Positions 28,253 through 40,603 of a stretch of 64,000 nt of DNA are shown here, piece by piece. Each line of letters starts with the position of its first letter. Position 1 is the stretch's first letter. The notes under the pieces are model-generated. The model did no database searches and was not told the origin of the DNA. It saw only the letters and a list, made by a program, of their open reading frames with translations. Both the position numbers and the translations under genes were made by a program. The DNA comes from Octopus sinensis (taxonomy: Eukaryota): positions 27,962,001 through 28,026,000 of the forward strand of contig NC_043004.1 in assembly GCF_006345805.1 (NCBI RefSeq), in the 5' to 3' direction.

Positions 28253-28431
28253 AATCAAGGAACGGCCATAATAGGCCATTCACCCACTAGAAATAACAGC
28301 CAAAGCTTCAACCGCAAAACAACATTAATTCCGCAAACCAGGAGAAAATTAAAAAAACATTTACCCTGTAGTTCCTTATACGATGCACCGTTTCATCTAT
28401 TGTTCCTTATACGATGCACCGTTTCATCTAT
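28253..28431 (+). repeat. (TA)n-embedded dispersed element; homologue inverted at 61997-62135
   Basis: About 140 bp shared (AATCAAGGAACGGCCATAATAGGCC...TATACGATGCACCGT); 30-bp tandem duplication at 28371-28431. Confidence 0.8.
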
Positions 28432-28445
28432 ATATATATATATAT

Positions 28446-29713
28446 ATAAACAGGAAGTAAACAGGCACCTTTAATTTTCAAAATCTTTTATTTAATACGC
28501 AAAGCGAACAATTGAAATGTACTCGATAGGTAGGACTATATACTTTAGTATTTAGTTGACATTCCCTTTGCAGATATTATTTCAGAAACTCTTTTTGGCA
28601 TTGAACTGATGAGTTTTGTGATTGTCTCATGTGGAATTTCTACCCACTTTTCACACAACAATCGAAACAATCTTTAGATTTAGGTTTCTGTCGAGTTTTT
28701 CGTATAGCTATCTAGTATACTCCAAAGATTTTCAATTGGGTTCATGCCAGGAGATTGGCTCGGCCAAGGAGGCTTTTTGGTCCCATTTTCAGTCAGCCAT
28801 TGTTGATTCCTTTTTGCTGTGTGGCATGGAACCCCATCTTCCATGAATAAAAACTCATTTTTCCTTATGTTATCGTGTGAATATATCAAAAGTAGTCCTT
28901 GCTTAAGTATTTCGATGTATTTTTCTGAGTTTATGGTTCCAACACATTCGATCAGCTCAGAACGAACATTGCTGGTCACAGCTTCCCATACCATTACAGA
29001 GATACAGCCATGTTTCACAATTGGTTGGAGTCGTTTCAAATCAAATTCTTGATTGGGAAGCCTCCAGACCCAAACACGTCCACTGTCTGAAAATAATGCA
29101 AATTTGGATTCATTTGAGAAAATTATTGTATCCCAAAATGAAATGGATTTTTCTGACATCTCCTTAGCCCATTTCTTTCTTTTCATGATATTAATTGGTT
29201 GAAGGAGAGGTTTGCATCTAGCTGCTCGTCCATAATACCCAAGCTTATGCAGATATATAAAGCACGTTCTTAGAATAACTTCTAGCTGTTTTGCAATGCC
29301 AGAAGCCTTCGAACGGGGTTCGTTTTCCACAATTCTCTTCAAACAGTGAAGCTTCTTTTCCGAGGGCCCTGGTCCGCCAGGACGAGAATCCGTTGATTCT
29401 TTTCCTTGGTTTTTGAATTGCACTATAATTCTATTAACAGTAGCAAGAGGAATTTGAAGATTTTCGGCAATTTTTAGCTGGCAAAGACCAGCCTCAGATT
29501 TCCCAACACTAAGACCTCTTTGAAAATCTGACAGTCCTGCTGAATTTGATCTGCGTAGCATGGTTACTCTTCGCAAATGTTTAATATAATGGCTCCTGGA
29601 ATGAAAAAGAATAATTACATTGTAAATTCTACACCGCTGAAAACATATTAAGACGCTTAGATCTGAAAATCTGAAATTTTGGAAATTAAATGTGTCAATT
29701 TACTTCATGCGTG

Positions 29714-29718
<5 letters not shown>
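28446..29718 (-). mobile_element. Tc1-family DNA transposon with degenerate TIRs
   Basis: Ends CAGGAAGTAAACAGGCAC and, reverse-complemented, CATGAAGTAAATTGACAC; TA-repeat flanks; contains the transposase ORF. Confidence 0.8.
28680..29576 (-). CDS. Tc1 DD34E transposase, probably inactive (first D to N, C-terminal frameshift)
   Basis: HTH N-terminus, IIFSNESKF, VKHG..SVMVW, FMEDGVPCH, WPSQSPGMNPIENLW, with 34 residues between D and E. Confidence 0.85.
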   Translation of the reverse strand: MRRVTMLRRSNSAGLSDFQRGLSVGKSEAGLCQLKIAENLQIPLATVNRIIVQFKNQGKESTDSRPGGPGPSEKKLHCLKRIVENEPRSKASGIAKQLEVILRTCFIYLHKLGYYGRAARCKPLLQPINIMKRKKWAKEMSEKSISFWDTIIFSNESKFALFSDSGRVWVWRLPNQEFDLKRLQPIVKHGCISVMVWEAVTSNVRSELIECVGTINSEKYIEILKQGLLLIYSHDNIRKNEFLFMEDGVPCHTAKRNQQWLTENGTKKPPWPSQSPGMNPIENLWSILDSYTKNSTET

Positions 29719-29788
<70 letters not shown>

Positions 29789-29789
29789 T

Positions 29790-30222
29790 ATTCTTTTTAC
29801 TTGTTTCAGTCATTTGACTACGGGCATGCTGGAGTACCGACTTGGAAGGTTTAAGTCGAGGAAATCGACCCTAGGACTTATTTTTTGTAAGCCTGGTATT
29901 TATTCTATCGGTTTCTTTTGACGAGCCGCTATGTAATGGGGACATAAACACACCAGCATCGGCTGTCAAGCGATGGTGGGGAACAAACACAGACACATGC
30001 ACTCACTCACTCACACACACAAAGACACACATTCACACACACATAAATTACGCACACACACATATACATATATATACGTCGGGCTTCTTTCAGTTTCCAT
30101 CTACCAAATCCACTCACAAGGGGTCGGCCTGTGGCTATAGTAGAAGACACTTGTCCAAGATGCCGCGCAATGGGACTGAATCCGGAAGCATGCGGTTAGG
30201 AAGCAAGCTTCTTACCACACAG
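29790..30222 (-). mobile_element. SINE family B
   Basis: Homology to 31431-31823. Confidence 0.85.
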
Positions 30223-31078
30223 ACTTAATGTATTTATGCCATTGATACAAGAGACACTGTTCTTAAGAATGAAACAAAATATTCATCAACAAATACATAC
30301 TCTCAAAACAAGATATATTCCACTTCCTAAACATCTGGACAGATGCGCGTGCGCGAAAAGCAAATTTCCTAAATTTCTTGTCCTCCGACTTTATCAATGT
30401 GCAGACAATACTCCAGACCAAGCAAGAATTAATAAGGCAAGTTCTCTTATTAAAAAAATAGGACCCACTGCTGAACAGGCTATAAAAACATCAGTAATAG
30501 TGCGGAAACATCTCCAAAAGTTGGTTCTTAGTAAGCCTCTTCTTAATTATTGTGATTAAGCAATACAGAACTGGTCACCTCCATGCGATAAGAACGCCAT
30601 CCAAACCTCATCCTTACATATTACCTCATTAAAAACATGACCTATCTAAATTATTCTATTTTCTTCGTAACTCTTCTGTTACCATATTTCTGTTGCAACA
30701 CACTGCCTTTGTCAATTAATTTCGAAAATAATGAAGAATTTGCTAACGTGACATTTTCGTTGATGTGACCTTCCAGCGCGACTGCCACGAGAGTGTAATC
30801 CATGTACGCTGATCAATCAATTTGTACTGTAATGGATAGCGCTCTGAGCTACATTCCTTCTTTAAAAACAAACCATTTTTGTAATAATAGCAAGAATAAA
30901 CATAATCTGTGACACAACACTTTACATAAAAGACTTTTAAAGATCTATTTTGAAACCAGTCATGTGCATTCCTCTATTTCAAAATATAATTAAATTCAAA
31001 TTAATTCTAATTTATTCTCTCTGTATTTTCAATTTAAATTCTTTTTCTATTCCTCCACTTCTTTGGATTAATAACAAC

Positions 31079-31113
<35 letters not shown>

Positions 31114-31430
31114 ACACACACACACACACATACGCACGCACACACACACACACGTATGTTACCTTCGAAACACGCATTGGGTCGAACCAGGGGCAGCTGA
31201 TGAAGGGGAATTTTCCTTGTATTGTTTGTCTTGTACTCTGTTTTTCGTTGTTAAAAAAAGTCCGTTTCCTTGTTTTGATTTTATGTTTTCGTTTCTCGTT
31301 GTGTTCTACGTTTATTTGTGGTGTCCTGTACTCATATATATATATGCTTGTATATATACATGTAGATGTAAGTACGTACATATATGTATGTATATATGCA
31401 TATATTTTATTTATTTATTATATATATATA

Positions 31431-31823
31431 GGCGCAGGAGTGGCTGTGTGGTAAGTAGCTTGTTTACCAACCACATGGTTTCGTGTTCAGTCCCACTGCA
31501 TGGCATCTTGGGCAAGTGTCTTCTGCTATAGCCCCGGGCCGACCAATGCCTTGTGAGTGGATTTGGTAGACGGAAACTGAAAGAAGCCCGTCGTATATAT
31601 ATGTATATATATGTGTGTGTTTGTGTGTCTGTGTTTGTCCCCCTAGCATTTACGTGTGTTTATGTCCCCGTTACTTAGCGGTTCGGCAAAAGAGACCGAT
31701 AGAATAAGTACTGGGCTTACAAAGAATAAGTCCCGGGGTCGATTTGCTCGACTAAAAGCGGTGCTCCAGCATGGCCGCAGTCAAATGACTGAAACAAGTA
31801 AAAGAGTAAAAGAGTAAAAGAGT
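31431..31823 (+). mobile_element. tRNA-derived SINE, family B, full length
   Basis: GGCGCAGGAGTGGCTGTGTGGTAAG (A box), GTTCAGTCCC (B box), internal TA/TG tract, (AAAAGAGT)n tail. Confidence 0.9.
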
Positions 31824-32487
31824 ATATATATAAATATACAGAGAAGAAGAGAGGTAGAGAGAGAGACAGGGAGAGACTGAGAGAAAGAGAGAGAGAAAGA
31901 GAAAGGGGGGAGAGTGAGAGAGTAGAAGCGTCGAGGGGAAGTGAAAGAGTATACCGGGATTGAAATACAGCTGACTACCCATCCCACCTTGAAGATTGTG
32001 TTTGTATGAATGTGTGTGTGTGTGTGTGCGTCCTTGCGTGCGCGTGTGTGAGTGTGTGTGCGTGTATTAAGTCTTGTGTTCTGTGTGTGTGTGTGTGTGT
32101 AAAGTGAGGTAGGTGGGGGGCTACACTCTCTGGAACACGCCTTATTACAGGAAGTTGATAGCAGGGGATTCGACGACGGAACAGCAGACTCTTCCGCCAT
32201 TCACCTTCCTATTCACTACTTTCATCCTTGTTAATCAACGCAAATACGGCTGCTGCTGCTGCTGCTGCTGCTGCTACTGCCTTTGCTGTCGTTGTTGTTG
32301 TTGTTGTTATCATAGGTCTTGGTGATAGTTGTGGCGTTGTTGTTGTTGGTGGTTGTTGTCCCGTATAGCCCCAGATTAAATCTAATCGAGCAGACCAATG
32401 TTAGCGTTCCAACTGCGACCATTCCATCTTTTTTGTATATCTTGGACTACATAAGATACTAAGACGGTATCATTGTTTGCTTCCTTG

Positions 32488-32717
32488 GTTTGTTTTTGTT
32501 GTTGTTGCACCTGCTGTCATTACTGTTTTGTTGTTTTTGTTGTTGTTGCACCTGCTGTCATTACTGTTGTTGTTTTTGTTGTTGTTGCACCTGCTGTCAT
32601 TACTGTTGTTGTTTTTGTTGTTGTTGCACCTGCTGTCATTACTGTTGTTGTTTTTGTTATTTTTGTTGTTGTTGCACCTGCTGTCATTACTGTTGTTGTT
32701 TTTGTTGTTGTTGTTGT
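32488..32717. repeat. Minisatellite with ~39-bp unit built on (GTT)n
   Basis: GTTGTTGCACCTGCTGTCATTACTGTT recurs four times. Confidence 0.9.
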
Positions 32718-32939
32718 CATCCTTAGTGTTGCTGCTGTTGTTTCACCTCGAGTAACCTTTTGTCCACAACCCCCATCGCTTATTTTTATTTTTCCTGCCA
32801 CAATGCTACTATATAACCATTATCTAATCTATCCTTCCTTTCTAAGGCTGTTGGGTGTAATATGAGATAGATATAGCTGTTATCTCTAGCAATTCAAGCA
32901 TAGCTTAGTGGCTTGTTCGTTGACACGCATACATGCTTT

Positions 32940-33225
32940 TTGTTGTGTAACATCCGATCCGCCCTGTTTGAGCTTCTTCACAATACAAGGTCAGTCAGCC
33001 AAACGAAGCGGTGTGTCTATACACCCATCTTATATCTGTATAGTTGATAGCACTTGGGCAAGGTGTGGTGAATGGTATCAGGGTGGTGTGTGACAGAGTG
33101 GGCACATTGCAATGTCTCCACTGTCCACTCTATTCCTCTACACTTGTCGAGTCTAGAGTAGACCACAGTGGAGACGAACAAGACTGACTCGGTCACAGCA
33201 TGGCAGTCGGTGCTCCCAAACACCT
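32940..33225 (-). pseudogene. Possible LINE APE-endonuclease relic
   Basis: Ordered degenerate motifs GD-x-N-like, then DLVL, then GSD on the minus strand. Confidence 0.3.
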
Positions 33226-33819
33226 TTTGATGAAGGTATACATCCGTACCAATAGCACGGTCATTGATGCTGCGGTTGTTTCTTTAATTGGAGGATTTTG
33301 TTTATGTGGTGTCCATGATTAATGTAAATATTTTGTGCGTTGTTTTGCTTTTCTTGTTTTGCTTTGTATATTGTCGGTGTTATGGAGAAATTGTGTGCAA
33401 TCTCTTGAATTTTTTGTTTCTCTTTCTCTCTCTTCCTCTCTCTGTGTGTGTATGTGTGCGTGTGTGTGTGATTTGTATTGTAGTTGATGCTTTCTTGTGT
33501 TGCTGGTATAAGGAAAAAATTGGATTGGGTAGGTGCTATTCTAAGTCTGTCGCTGTGAAGTGACGTTTTCGGATGATTTAAGTAGGGCTGGGTAGTTGCA
33601 TAACAGTATCAGGAGATGGTCAGAGTACATAAAGGTAATGTTATCTGAGGCGGGGATAACCCGTGAGGATAGAGCTTGAAAAGAAGGGGAAACTCTTGTG
33701 ACATTAATTCATTAAGTGCTATCAACTAGATTAGACTTAGTGGTCTCACAATAAGTTTGCTAATATTTCGTCTTGTATCTTAAGGTGGTGTGGAAGAATG
33801 AAGTGAAAAATGTTGCTTA

Positions 33820-34561
33820 TGAAGTGTAGTCAAAAGGTATCCGACCTTTGGCCAAAAAACAAGTAATATTTAAAATATTTTCATTTAGTCTCCTTCAAAG
33901 TATTCGCCTTGGGAGCCTACACACTTCTGCCAGCGTTCCTGCCACTGCTGGAAACATTTCTGAAAATCCCTTTTTCGGATACTGTAGAGCTGTGCCGTCG
34001 AGTTTTGCTTAATGTCTTCTATTAACTCAAATATTCTCCCTTTGAGTTTTTTTTTAGTCACATGGAGCCAAGTCTGGGGAGTAGGAATCCTGACGAACAA
34101 GTGGTGTGTTTTGCTTGACGAGGAATGCTTCAACAACGTGGCTGGAATGAACTGACTGAACTGACCCATGGCTGATCTCAACTTCGGCAACAATCTCTTC
34201 AATAGTCACACGACGGTCTCCATAGACTATTCCTCGAACCTTTGCAATCATTTCGTCGTTTCTGCTAGTCGACGGTCTGCCACAACGTGGCTCACTGTCC
34301 ACTGAGATGCGGCCATCTTTGAACCGGTTGTATCACTCCTTCATTTGTATTTTTCTTATAGCATCACCTCTAAAGGCCTTCTGAATCTTCTTGATAGTCT
34401 GGGCTTGCGTATCACCGAGTCTTCGGCAGAATTTGAAACAGTATCTTTGCTCAACGCACTCGGTCATCTTGACACAAAAAGAGAAATCGCGCAGCACACT
34501 CTTCACGTCAGTACTCAACGTCTGTATTCAACGCGTTCGGGATGCTTTTGACAACACCGCT
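33820..34561 (-). mobile_element. Internally deleted mariner element with TIRs
   Basis: EQRYCFKFC...TQAQTI, EPRCGRPSTS, YSPDLAPCD, CFQQWQERWQKC...YFEGD*. Imperfect TIRs at 33820-33847 and 34535-34561 with TA flanks. Confidence 0.85.
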
Positions 34562-35918
34562 TATATCGATGCTTTTTAAAGTGGTTAAATTGCAGTGTCT
34601 TTGTTGTGGTTTTATATTACATATACATTGTAACCGGAAATATGATTTGGTTGTCAGCGTTTTGTCTCAGTTGTCTGAAAGAAATGCGTTTAATATTTTT
34701 GTAATCAGATGGTGCCGAAAGCTTTATTTATGTCGATGAAAGTTAAAGTGTCGCATACATTGCTGTTTCCCTTGCTGAAGTCACGATGCATTTTCTTGTG
34801 TGTAACCTTTGTAATTGTGTTGATCTCTATCAGCGTGTTGTGAGTTGAAGAGAGGAATATATGGGATGCTACTGTCAAAGCTAAGCCTATGATTTTAGGA
34901 GGCGCACACGGGAAATTGTTGGGTCAGAATGTTGCTGTTTTTTAAAGGTTTTGTTGTGGTTAATGACTTTTCTTAATTTCTTAATTCAGAGGATTTGGTA
35001 ATGTTAATAAAATTAGTTAATAAATATTTCAAACACTAGGTAGATGCGAGTTTGTAATTTTCATTGGTGCTAAGCTTCTATTTCTTTTCTGGTGTCTAAT
35101 GAGAGGGAAAAAAATCTATCATATGTCTCTAGCGGTTTATATTTTTCATTTTCTGAAGCACTTGATGGGTGATTTTGAGTTGTGATGGATTATGGATATG
35201 TTACTTGCAGTTCTTAATGTAGCCCGCAATGTGATGTGAGCGTTAATGGTAAAAGTGCTTAACTCCCCTCAATGCAAGTAAAGTCTTGAAGTTAATGTGC
35301 TCACTATGTCAGTCGTATCAGCACTTATTTTAATACTCTACCTAATGTGTTAGTGCATGTTTCGTGATGATGATGATGATGTTAGAGATGACAGTTCAGA
35401 TGTCATTTACCCTGAGTTATATTTCTGCTGCATGTCGTAATGGGATGACGTTGCTTTTATGACATTCACTGTCTCAGTTACTTAATTGGAATTGTTTTCG
35501 TTCATGTTGATGTGTTTGATATATTTTTCAGAAGCCTGTATAAATAATCATGATTTAATGAAAAAATATATTTATGTGTAATGTGTGTGTGTGTGTGTGA
35601 GTGTCTGTGTGTACATAGACACACACATACAATACATATGTACATATCCATACATTTATATACATATAAACATATACATTCAATAATGTGTATTTATGTA
35701 CGTATGTATGTATATGCATACACACATAGACACACAAACAGTATGATGACACCCACAAGATTTCTTTCTTTCTCTACTTATTTATTTAATAATCTATTCA
35801 TTTATTTATGCAATTGCTTATTGGACGTAAAATTTTTATGATTTTAAAATTCGATCTAGAACAATCCAGAGGGAAGTACATTTATCGCCAGCTATATAAA
35901 CTCCCAGATCATCGACCT

Positions 35919-35980
35919 GTGAATAGTTTTTGATAAGTGCAAACGCACGAAACTCTCGGACTTTGAGTCACTCTGTTACT
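35919..35980 (+). ncRNA. Degenerate type I hammerhead motif
   Basis: TTGATAA-GTGC-AAAC-GCAC-GAAA-CTC-(9 nt)-GAG-TC-ACT. Stems II and III are intact; two core substitutions (C3, G8). Confidence 0.5.
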
Positions 35981-36041
35981 TCTACTAATATATATTTTGT
36001 GTTTTTTTTGTGCTTTCTTGTTTGGATTTTACTTTATATAT

Positions 36042-36078
<37 letters not shown>

Positions 36079-36084
<6 letters not shown>

Positions 36085-36290
36085 AAAATCCAAACAAGAA
36101 AGCACAAAAAAAACACAACAACGCGAGGACGTGGAAGAATATAGTATTATTGGACGCTCAGGAAAGAAGGAAAGAAGGAGGGCTTAACGTTTCGAGCGGA
36201 GCTCTTCGTCGGAAACATAGGAGAGGGAAAGATCCAGAGAAGGGAAGACAGAGGAAAAAATCGCCAACGGTTCACACGAGGTCACATGCA
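36079..36290 (-). mobile_element. Penelope-like terminal region, family P1, with HHR at 36183-36216
   Basis: Minus strand TTT-CCGACGA-A-GAGC-TCC-GCTC-GAAAC-GTT-AAG; homologous to 11340-11560. Confidence 0.7.
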
Positions 36291-36780
36291 TATATATATA
36301 TGTGCATGTATACATATATACGAATATATATGTGTATAAGTGGATTTCAATAAGTATGTATATATATATATATATAAAGCGACGAAAATATTTTGGCAAA
36401 TTAAATTTAAATGTTGAAGTAAATCTAAAACTTTTTCTGTGTTTCTTAAATGCCTTATAAACACCTTCCACACTGCAATTGTTTTTGCTTAGCACACGAT
36501 CTCAGTTCAGGTCACCTGCTTTGCAAGTACATCTCCGTAATATATATGTGTGCGTATGCATATATGTATATATGATATATATATATATATATCTATATAG
36601 ATATAATATATATATTATATATATAAATTATATATATATATATATATCTGTGTGTGTGTTGTGTGTGCGTGTGTGTGTGTATAATACATAGATAAATATA
36701 TATATATATTATATATATATATATATGAATGTGTACATGTATATTTATGTATATAGGTGTGTATGTGCCTGTTTTGGTGG

Positions 36781-36817
<37 letters not shown>

Positions 36818-37985
36818 CATGTATATGTATACATACGTACACACACACACACACACACATATATAATATATATATATATGTTTGTATGTGTGTGTTTTTC
36901 CTTGCTCACGAAGAGCTATGCTCGAAACATCAAAAATTCCCTGTTTTTACTGTGCATCAAACTAATACATTCCTCTCTATGTGTGTCTATTTGTGTAGCA
37001 GGGTATGCAGATGACGTCTGGCAAGATGTTAAATTTAATGTGACTATGTGGATATAAATTATTTCAGGTATAAAAGAATTTAACTGAAATGTTATTCATT
37101 AGATATCCTCATGTGTTAATTGTTTCGATTACATTCCAGAATGTTTTACATGCATTGAACTTATCTGTAGCCTTGGTTTTTGGTTTTGTGCTGTGTCAAC
37201 TCAAATTCTGTAGACTTATTATCAAACATTTCAGTTGTGACCATTGCAAGTTCTTTATTCAGAAATGGTGTCATTAGGACTACATTCTTAAAAGTGTCCT
37301 TCCACTTTTCTTACAGAATGCGCAGTGAAATGAAGGCAATCACAATGACATTTCTAGCTGGTCAAATTACAGTGTATAATGGTGATATATATTTTCCGTG
37401 GTGCTGTTGTTGTTGTTGTTGTTGTTGACAAAGGTGTTGTTGCTGTTTGTTGTGGTGGGGCTGATGGTGGTGGACCCAGTTCAACTCTCATTAAAGGAAC
37501 TTTGATAGTTAACCGTGACTATCCAGAATTTTCCCAATGATAGTGGTGGTGATGGTGTTAGTTGTGTTGGTGAGTGTGGTTGTAGCGGTGGTTGTGTTGT
37601 TCGTGGTGATGGTGGTGGAGGTGCTATCTATTTCCTATCTATTTTTGGAGTCATCTATTTTCTACTCGTACGTAACATCTTGCAGGTGTACTACGTGTAT
37701 ATATAAATGTATGGCAAGTGTACGCCTGCACATTGTTACGTACTAGTAGAAAATAAATGGCTTCAAAAAACTAAAGCCATTGTTCGTCTTTGTTATCACA
37801 GTGGTGATTGTGACCACGCTTGCCTAGATTTCTACACGAAGCAGCTACAGCAGAAAAAAAACTTTGTCGGATCATCATTCTAGAAGCGGCAGAAAATGGT
37901 CACACTGGTACAAAGCCACGTTCGGAGTAACATGAAATGACCGAAGAAGAACATTTAGGGATGATAGCGGGTTTTCTGAGATACC

Positions 37986-38213
37986 TATTTCTTTATTACC
38001 CACAAGGGGCTAAACACAGAGGGGACAAACAAGGACAGACATAGGTATTAAGTCGATTACATCGACCCCAGTGCGTAACTGGTACTTATTTTATCGACCC
38101 CGAAAGGATGAAAGGCAAAGTCGACCTCGGCGGTATTTGAACTCAGAACGTAACGACAGGCGAAATACCGCTAAGCCTTTCGCCCGAGGTGCTAACGTCT
38201 CTGCCAGCTCGCC
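37986..38213 (-). mobile_element. SINE family A, 13-bp TSD
   Basis: TTTCTGAGATACC at 37973-37985 and 38214-38226. Confidence 0.9.
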
Positions 38214-39164
38214 TTTCTGAGATACCGACGGACACAAAAAGGGACTCCACCCATTTTTTGAAAACAAAGCAACCTGGATCCCAGATGCAAACCGGAAGTG
38301 ACTCACTTCCGACAAGTTGTGAAAACTAATACTAAATAGTAATACAATAGACTTATCGTTGGAGATAACACTCGGTGATATTGAAAGTGGTAACCGTGAT
38401 GGTAGTGGTGACGGTGGAATGGTCATTGTTGTTCTTGGCTGGATAATGTAGCGGGAAGGTGTTCCATTGTTGTTGACGTTGCTGGTGTTGCTGTAGTTGT
38501 TGATGTTATTTTTGTGGTGTTGATAGTTGTGAGTCTGTCCTGGATGAACAGCAGATCTGTGATCAAAGGCGTTACTGTACTGGATTGTGTGATGGATGGA
38601 AGAGGTGCAGGTATGTATGTATGTATGTATGTATTGCGCGCGCGCGCGTGAGTGAGTGGGTGTGTGTGTGCATGCGCAAGTGTTGATGTATGTCGTTTTG
38701 TCTTCGTTTGCCTGTGTCTGTGTGTTTGTGTTGGTATTTTAGAGGGAACAGAGAGAGAGAGATAGAGAGAAAGGGAAGAGGAAAAAAAGAAAATGAAGAG
38801 AGATGGAGGAAGTGAGAGAGAGTGACTGTACGGGAGTGCATCGAGAAATGCACAGAGTGTGTTTGTGTGTGTGTGTGTGTGTGTACTAGAAAGCCCATTG
38901 GCGAGCGTATTTGCATCTCTGTTGTGAATGTGTTATGTGAACACAGGAAGTGTATCTGAATGTGTGTGTGAGTGTGCGTGCGTGTGTATCTGTGGCAGTA
39001 AATTTTCATATACTTGAGAGATTTGTTTGTATATGTACGGAAGATAGAAGCTTCAACTCTGAGAATAACATCGCTCTTATCACCCCATCCTCTTCATATA
39101 TATATATGTGTGTATATGTATACACATCTATGTATAGACACGTAGATGTATATATATATATATA

Positions 39165-39215
<51 letters not shown>

Positions 39216-39542
39216 TGTGTGTGTGTACATAGACACACACTCACACATAAATACACACATATCATAGGCGCAAGCATGACAGCGTTGTTACGAAGCTCGC
39301 TTTACAACTCCGTGGTTTCGAGTTCTGTCCCACTGCGTCATATCTTCGGTGTTATATCCTTGGGTCGATCAATGCCTGATGAGTGAAATATTAGGCGGAA
39401 AGTGTGTGGAAACCCGCCGTGTATACACACACACACACGTGCGCACGCACCCATTGATGTTTGTTTTAATGTTTAATAAATCAATTCTACACTAAACATG
39501 AAAGATCATTCAATACTCTTTGTCGAGTGCTTATTTATTATT

Positions 39543-39666
39543 CTTTAACAAGAACAGCGGTGACAGTGACTTCGAATTTTCGGCCCGACTACTTTTCACT
39601 CGACTGTGCATGGAGTCTAAACTGGTTGAAGCTTCGAAGTCACTACCGACACTATTCTTGTAAAAG
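39543..39666. mobile_element. Small MITE-like inverted-repeat element
   Basis: ACAAGAACAG...AGTGACTTCGAA / TTCGAAGTCACT...CTATTCTTGT; a shorter relative lies at 61662-61722. Confidence 0.5.
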
Positions 39667-39670
39667 AATA

Positions 39671-39671
<1 letters not shown>

Positions 39672-39701
<30 letters not shown>

Positions 39702-40200
39702 TGTATGTATGTATGTATGTATGTATGAGTGTGTGTATGTATGTGTGTATGTGTGTGTGTATGTATGTATGTATGTATGTATGTATGTATGTATGTATGT
39801 ATGCGTGTGTGTATGTATGTGTGTGTATGTATGTATGTATGTATGTATGTGTGTATGTATGTATGTATGTATGTGTGTATGTATGTATGTATGTGTGTAT
39901 GTATGTATGTGTGTGTATGTATGTATGTATGTATGAGTGTGTGTATGTATGTATGTATGTAGTATGTATGTATGTATGTATGTGTGTGTGTATCTATGTA
40001 TGTGTGTATGTGTGTGTATGTATGTATGTATGCATGTATGTATGTGTGTATGTATGTTTGTATGTGTATGTATGTATGTATGTGTGTATGTATGTATGTA
40101 TGTATGTATGTATGTATGTTTGTATGTATGTATGTGTGTCTGTGTGCATGTATGTATGTATGTGTGTGTGTGTGTGTTGTATGTATGTGGTGTGTGTGTA
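39672..40200. repeat. (TATG)n/(TG)n microsatellite
   Basis: Direct tandem repeat. Confidence 0.95.
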
Positions 40201-40372
40201 TTTCATAGATAAAGAAAAGATTTTAAAATGTCAGGTATATTGAATTATTATTGTCTGCGGTTTGTTCATTGCCCACGTCTTTTATATTTCTCTCACAGCT
40301 TCCGTATTCTAAAATATACATTTTCTTCTAACCACGCATCACGCTTTAGCTGTCCGTACCTCATCTAGTACC

Positions 40373-40603
40373 TATTTTTTAACTACCCACAAGGGGCTAA
40401 ACACAGAGGGGACAAACAAGGACAGACAAACAGATTAAGTCGATTACATCGACCCCAGTGCGTAACTGGTATTTAATTTATCGACCATGAAAGGATGAAA
40501 GGCAAAGTCAACCTTGGCGGAATTTGAACTCAGAACGTAACGGCAGACGAAATACGGCTACGCATTTCGCCCGGCGTGCTAACGTTTCTGCCAGATCGCC
40601 GCC
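40373..40603 (-). mobile_element. SINE family A with imperfect 17-bp TSD
   Basis: GTACCTCATCTAGTACC (40356-40372) versus GTACCTGATCCAGTACC (40606-40622). Confidence 0.9.

Noticed and set aside
30236-30559. 107-aa ORF in unique-looking DNA
   Set aside because: No recognisable motif or splice context.
31160-31212. CGAAAC...GTC...CTGATGAAGGGG, possible type II HHR
   Set aside because: Stems I and III do not pair convincingly.
31431-31500. tRNA-like A and B boxes at SINE heads
   Set aside because: No full cloverleaf; they continue into SINE bodies, so they are not tRNA genes.
32488-32717. Repeat array superficially like CRISPR or a mucin/Cys-rich ORF
   Set aside because: No unique spacers, no cas genes, eukaryotic context; it is a (GTT)-derived minisatellite.
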